Source of the DNA: a virus
Lineage: Duplodnaviria; Caudoviricetes
Reading direction: 5' to 3' (one strand)
Virus record (IMG/VR): IMGVR_UViG_3300049197_000009
Span: 1 to 60,177 of that record
Length of the DNA: 60,177 nt
A program made the translations under genes and the position numbers. The notes under the pieces are model-generated. The model did not search any database, had not been told where the DNA came from, and worked only from the letters and a program-made list of their open reading frames with translations. Below are positions 56,123-60,177 of this stretch, one piece after another (the stretch's first letter is position 1; the number at the start of each line of letters is the position of its first letter).

Positions 56123-57804
56123 TGCCAACCTGGTCAACCTCGTGCCCGGATTGGGCGGCGCGGCTGGTTGCGGGCGAATCAATCATCCCGCCGCCGATCT
56201 TCCCGGAGCAGGCCGAGCAGGCGCTTGCCATCTTCAAGCAACTCAAGATTGTGGATGCGCCTGGCAGTCCAACGTTTGGCGAGTCCTGCGCCGAGTGGGT
56301 GTTTGACCTGGTGCGCTGCATCTTTGGCGCATACGACGCCGATAGCGGTCGCCGGCTGATCGTTGAATTCTTCGTGCTGATCCCGAAGAAGAACAGCAAG
56401 AGCACGATTGCGGCCGGAATCATGATGACGGCGCTTATCCTGAACTGGCGGCAGTCTGCCGAGTTCTCGGTCCTGGCGCCTACGGTTGAGGTGGCGAACA
56501 ACGCCTACGCCCCGGCGCGCGACATGGTTCAGAAGGACGAGGAGCTAGAGGCGCTCATGCACGTCCAGAGTCATGTGAAGACGATTACCCACAAGAACAG
56601 TAACGCGATCCTCAAGGTGTTGGCTGCCGACCAGAACACGGTGGGCGGCAAGAAGTCAGTCGGGACGCTGGTGGATGAGCTCCACCTGTTCGGCAAGATT
56701 TCTAGCGCGGAGAATATGTTCCGCGAGGCGCTTGGCGGTCTTGCTTCTCGCCCTGAGGGCTTTGTTATCTGGCTCTCGACCCAATCGGACGAGCCGCCAG
56801 CCGGGGTCTTCAAGCAGAAGTTGGAATACGCCCGCAAGGTGCGCGATGGTGAAATCATCGACCCGGCTTTCGTGCCGATCATCTTCGAGCACCCGCCAGA
56901 GATGGTGACGTCGGGCGCGTGCCTGAAGCTTGAAAACATGCGGCTCGTGAATCCGAACATGGGCTATTCGGTGGACGAATCGTTCCTTGAGCGCGAGTTC
57001 AAGAAGGCCGAGGAAGCCGGGCCGGGTTCGTTCAATGGCTTCATGGCCAAGCATGCCAACGTCGAGATCGGCCTGAACCTCCGCTCCGACCGCTGGGCCG
57101 GTGCCGACTTCTGGCAAGCCCAAACCGAAGCCTGCCTGACGCTCGATGAAATCCTAGCGCGAAGCGAAGTGGTCACGATTGGCGTAGACGGCGGCGGCCT
57201 GGATGACTTGCTTGGCCTTGGCTTGATTGGCCGCGAGCGCGACACCCGCCGCTGGCTCACCTGGTCGCACGCTTGGGCGCACAAGATTGTATTGGAGCGC
57301 CGCAAGGACATTGCCCCGAGGTTGCTCGACTTTGAGCGGGACGGCGATTTGACCATTGTTGACCGCCCTGGCGATGACGTGACCGCAGTTGCAGACATCA
57401 TCTGCCGCGTGCGCGACATGGACCTGCTGCCCGAGAAGTTGGCAATCGGCGTCGATGCCGCAGGCATTGGCGACATTGTGGACGAGATCACCACCGAGGA
57501 ACGCGGCATCACGCCAGAGCAGATCGTTGCAATCTCGCAGGGCTGGAAATTAAATGGAGCCATCAAGACCACCGAGCGCAAGTTAGCTGGCGGGGAAATG
57601 GCGCACGGCGAGTCGGACATGATGAATTGGTGCGTGGGTAACGCCCGCATCGTCCAGAACGGCAACGCAATCTCAATTACTAAGCAGGCTTCCGGCACGG
57701 CCAAGATCGATCCGCTCATGGGGCTGTTCGACGCAGCCTCTTTGATGGCACTGAACCCGGAAGCATCAGCAGGAATAATCACGCAGGGGTACGTTTCCTT
57801 ATGA
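56122..57804 (+). CDS. terL: Terminase large subunit
   Basis: IPKKNSKST (Walker A), LVDELH (Walker B), G.DGGGLDD, KIDPLM. Confidence 0.95.
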   Translation: MPTWSTSCPDWAARLVAGESIIPPPIFPEQAEQALAIFKQLKIVDAPGSPTFGESCAEWVFDLVRCIFGAYDADSGRRLIVEFFVLIPKKNSKSTIAAGIMMTALILNWRQSAEFSVLAPTVEVANNAYAPARDMVQKDEELEALMHVQSHVKTITHKNSNAILKVLAADQNTVGGKKSVGTLVDELHLFGKISSAENMFREALGGLASRPEGFVIWLSTQSDEPPAGVFKQKLEYARKVRDGEIIDPAFVPIIFEHPPEMVTSGACLKLENMRLVNPNMGYSVDESFLEREFKKAEEAGPGSFNGFMAKHANVEIGLNLRSDRWAGADFWQAQTEACLTLDEILARSEVVTIGVDGGGLDDLLGLGLIGRERDTRRWLTWSHAWAHKIVLERRKDIAPRLLDFERDGDLTIVDRPGDDVTAVADIICRVRDMDLLPEKLAIGVDAAGIGDIVDEITTEERGITPEQIVAISQGWKLNGAIKTTERKLAGGEMAHGESDMMNWCVGNARIVQNGNAISITKQASGTAKIDPLMGLFDAASLMALNPEASAGIITQGYVSL

Positions 57805-59114
57805 CGAACAAAGCAACGTGGGATGATGTCAAGCGCCGCGCCTCGGTACAGGGTTCGCCAATCCTGACCAACTGGAAGGCAGAGCGTGAAGCGGCCCGCG
57901 TGTCGAACGAGGTGACGTATAGCGACAGCGTCATGGAGTCGTTCGGCATTTCGGCGGGCGGCACATCCGTCTCTGCCGCTTCGTCAATGCAAGTCTCCGC
58001 TGTGGCCGCGTGCGTGGCGAAGATCAGCGGCGCAATCGTCAACATGCCGATTCACGAGTATTCGCTTGACGGCGGCGAGATTCCGGCGCGCATGCCGCGC
58101 AGTGAATTGTGGTATCTGCTAAACGAATCACCGTCGCCGCTGTACACCGCAGCCTCGATGTGGGAGGGCGTCAGCATGGCGCAACTTCTGCGAGGTGACA
58201 GCTATGGATTGATTCGCCGCCGCCTCAATGGATCGTTCCGCGAAATCCTGCCACTGCCTTGGGGTAGTGTGTCACCGGTTCGCACGCCTGGCAATGGGGT
58301 CCGCTACTACGTCAACCTTCCTTCCCACGGCATCACAACGTGGTTTGACCCGTCGGATATCCTGCATTTCCCCGGCCTTGGCTTCGATGACGAGACGATG
58401 CGCTCGATGTCGGTGATCCAGTTCGGCGCCCGCAACGCCATCGGCAACGCCATTGCGATGGATGAATACAGCGGCAAGTTCTTCGAGAACGGCGCGAACC
58501 CGTCGATTGTCTTGCAGTCGGAGTCGAAGATGAGCCAGCAGCAGATAACGGACATGCAGGTCGCCTTCCGCAATCGCTATTCTGGCTTGGCCAACGCTCA
58601 CCGGAACCCGTTGGTTTTGACTCAGGGCGTGACAGCTAAAGAATTGAGCCTGAGCGCCGACGACGCCCAGCTGCTTGAGGCGCGCAAGTTCCAGGTTGGC
58701 GACATTGCCCGCGCCTTTGGCGTGCCGGCGCACATGATCGGCGAATCGACCGGGCAGACCTCATGGGGCACCGGCCTTGAGACCAACAGTCGCGCCTTCA
58801 TTCAGTACACGGTGCAAACCTGGCTGAAGAAGATTGAGCAAGAGTTGAACCGCAAGCTATACCCGCGAAACACTGGCCGATTCCTTGAGTTCCACCGCGA
58901 ATCGCTGTACGAGAGCGACGTGAAAGCGCAGGCCGATTACTTCCGCGCCGCGCTTGGCGGCCCTGGCGCAGGCGATGGCTGGATGTCCGTTGACGACGTT
59001 CGCCGCATCAAGCGCATGCCACCAATTGAAGGCGGCGGCGAATACTACCGCGCCCCACGAGACCCCGGCAAGCCTGCCGACAAACCAAATCCTGAAAGCA
59101 CGCCCGCAGAATGA
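57801..59114 (+). CDS. HK97-family portal protein
   Basis: ILHFPG, FFENGA.P, DAQLLE.RKF...DIARAFGVP. Confidence 0.95.
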   Translation: MTNKATWDDVKRRASVQGSPILTNWKAEREAARVSNEVTYSDSVMESFGISAGGTSVSAASSMQVSAVAACVAKISGAIVNMPIHEYSLDGGEIPARMPRSELWYLLNESPSPLYTAASMWEGVSMAQLLRGDSYGLIRRRLNGSFREILPLPWGSVSPVRTPGNGVRYYVNLPSHGITTWFDPSDILHFPGLGFDDETMRSMSVIQFGARNAIGNAIAMDEYSGKFFENGANPSIVLQSESKMSQQQITDMQVAFRNRYSGLANAHRNPLVLTQGVTAKELSLSADDAQLLEARKFQVGDIARAFGVPAHMIGESTGQTSWGTGLETNSRAFIQYTVQTWLKKIEQELNRKLYPRNTGRFLEFHRESLYESDVKAQADYFRAALGGPGAGDGWMSVDDVRRIKRMPPIEGGGEYYRAPRDPGKPADKPNPESTPAE

Positions 59115-59920
59115 GCAAAATCCTTCAGCTGTTCCGCGACAACGCGGCTCGACCAAAGCAGCCGGTCAACTTGGTGCGCAACGCATCCGAGGCGTCGCTG
59201 TACATCTATGACGTGATTGACTCGTACTGGGGCGTGAGCGCCATGCAAGTAACTGAAGCGGTGGCCGAGGCTGGCGACGCGGAAGTGCTTCACGTCTACA
59301 TCAACTCCCCTGGTGGGTCGGTCTTCGAGGGACGCGCAATCATGGCCGCCCTGTCGCGCTTCAAGGGTAAGACCATCGCCCACGTTGATAGCCTGTGCGC
59401 GAGCGCCGCAACCAGTGTCGCACTGGCCTGCAACGAGGTCGAAATGTCGCAAGGGGCCTTCTTCATGGTGCATAACGCCAGCGCGATGGCTTGGGGCGAC
59501 AAGACCGCGATGCGCGAAACCGCTGATCTACTGGAGCAGATTGAAGGCTCTATCGTCAACGATTACACGACCAAGACTGGCAAGGAAAAGGACGAGATTG
59601 TCGCGATGATGGATGAGGAAACGTGGATGAGCGCCGATCAAGCGCTTGAGCATGGATTCATCGACAGCATTACCCCCTCGCCAGTCAAGACCGGCGCAGC
59701 CAATGTCGCGAACGTCGCGGCATGGAACCTCGCAGCGTACGACAAAGCCCCGGCAGCCCTGACCGCGCCCACACCCGATCCCATTCCCGAGCCGGCGGCC
59801 GCACCAGTTGCAGCCGCCGAGCCGGAACCCGCGCCTGAGCCTGTCATTGAGCCGCCCTCTCCAATTCCATCCATGACCCAGGCGAACAAGAATCGTCTCG
59901 CACTCACCCTAGCACTGTAA
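59111..59920 (+). CDS. ClpP-like head maturation protease
   Basis: INSPGGSVFEG, CASAAT, MVHNA, ETWM.A..A...GF.D. Confidence 0.92.
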   Translation: MSKILQLFRDNAARPKQPVNLVRNASEASLYIYDVIDSYWGVSAMQVTEAVAEAGDAEVLHVYINSPGGSVFEGRAIMAALSRFKGKTIAHVDSLCASAATSVALACNEVEMSQGAFFMVHNASAMAWGDKTAMRETADLLEQIEGSIVNDYTTKTGKEKDEIVAMMDEETWMSADQALEHGFIDSITPSPVKTGAANVANVAAWNLAAYDKAPAALTAPTPDPIPEPAAAPVAAAEPEPAPEPVIEPPSPIPSMTQANKNRLALTLAL

Positions 59921-59963
59921 CGCTTCTCGCGTACGCCCGCCGAGGTCGGACACCTCAACAACT

Positions 59964-59986
59964 GGGAGCCATTTGGCTCCCTTTTT
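59964..59986 (+). terminator. Hairpin/terminator before capsid gene
   Basis: GGGAGCCA-TT-TGGCTCCC-TTTTT. Confidence 0.6.
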
Positions 59987-60003
59987 CATTTGAAAGGCCA
60001 TAA

Positions 60004-60177
60004 ATGGCTGCTACTATCCAAGCCCTCCGCGAGAAGATCCAGACTCTCGCAACTGCCGCGAATCACCTGCTTGCCGAAAAGGGCGATCAGGTATGGACCC
60101 CTGAAGACCAGACCAAGTTCGACGGCCTGCAAGCAGACATCCTCTCGGCCAAAAACCAGATTAAGAACCTGGAAGCA
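60004..60177 (+). CDS. Major capsid protein N-terminus (delta/scaffold coiled coil), continues at window start
   Basis: SD AAAGG; MAATIQALREK... in frame with 2-1150. Confidence 0.9.
   Translation, partial: MAATIQALREKIQTLATAANHLLAEKGDQVWTPEDQTKFDGLQADILSAKNQIKNLEA
60051..60176. repeat. Terminal direct repeat, copy 2
   Basis: Identical to 1-126. Confidence 0.95.

Overview
The window is an apparently complete, circularly assembled temperate lambdoid/HK97-like siphovirus genome. The unit length is about 60,050 bp: bases 1-126 repeat at 60051-60176 and the major capsid gene is split across the join. Gene order: capsid; an unusual ~5.5 kb block of lectin/propeller/lyase-like genes with shared repeats; head-tail and tail genes (-1 frameshift chaperone, GIY-YIG insertion, tape measure with DUF4214-like repeats); lysis cassette; Ntn-protease and metallophosphoesterase; a LexA-boxed moron; intact attP (3' end of a tRNA) with int/xis; leftward early arm (radical SAM, NinB, YqaJ-like exonuclease, ERF); immunity region (PL, HNH, Arc, CI without a peptidase domain, Cro); rightward arm (ParB-like, two DNA methyltransferases, replication initiator, Q-like regulator); a structured late leader with tRNA-His; HNH, terminase, portal and ClpP protease. 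The host is probably a betaproteobacterium (Oxalobacteraceae-like), an inference from family recall and not from a search. The most interesting observations are: (1) a small convergent gene that copies the CI C-terminal domain, behind a response-regulator-like palindrome (candidate dominant-negative antirepressor switch); (2) G8/G9 tracts at the 5' ends of both tandem methyltransferases, with the second out of frame (candidate phase variation); (3) the repeat-linked capsid-adjacent glycan-interaction cluster; (4) a twice-used 22-bp activator-type promoter element; (5) paralogous Cys-rich genes beside both putative DNA-modification loci. All product calls come from motif recognition; no database searches were run.
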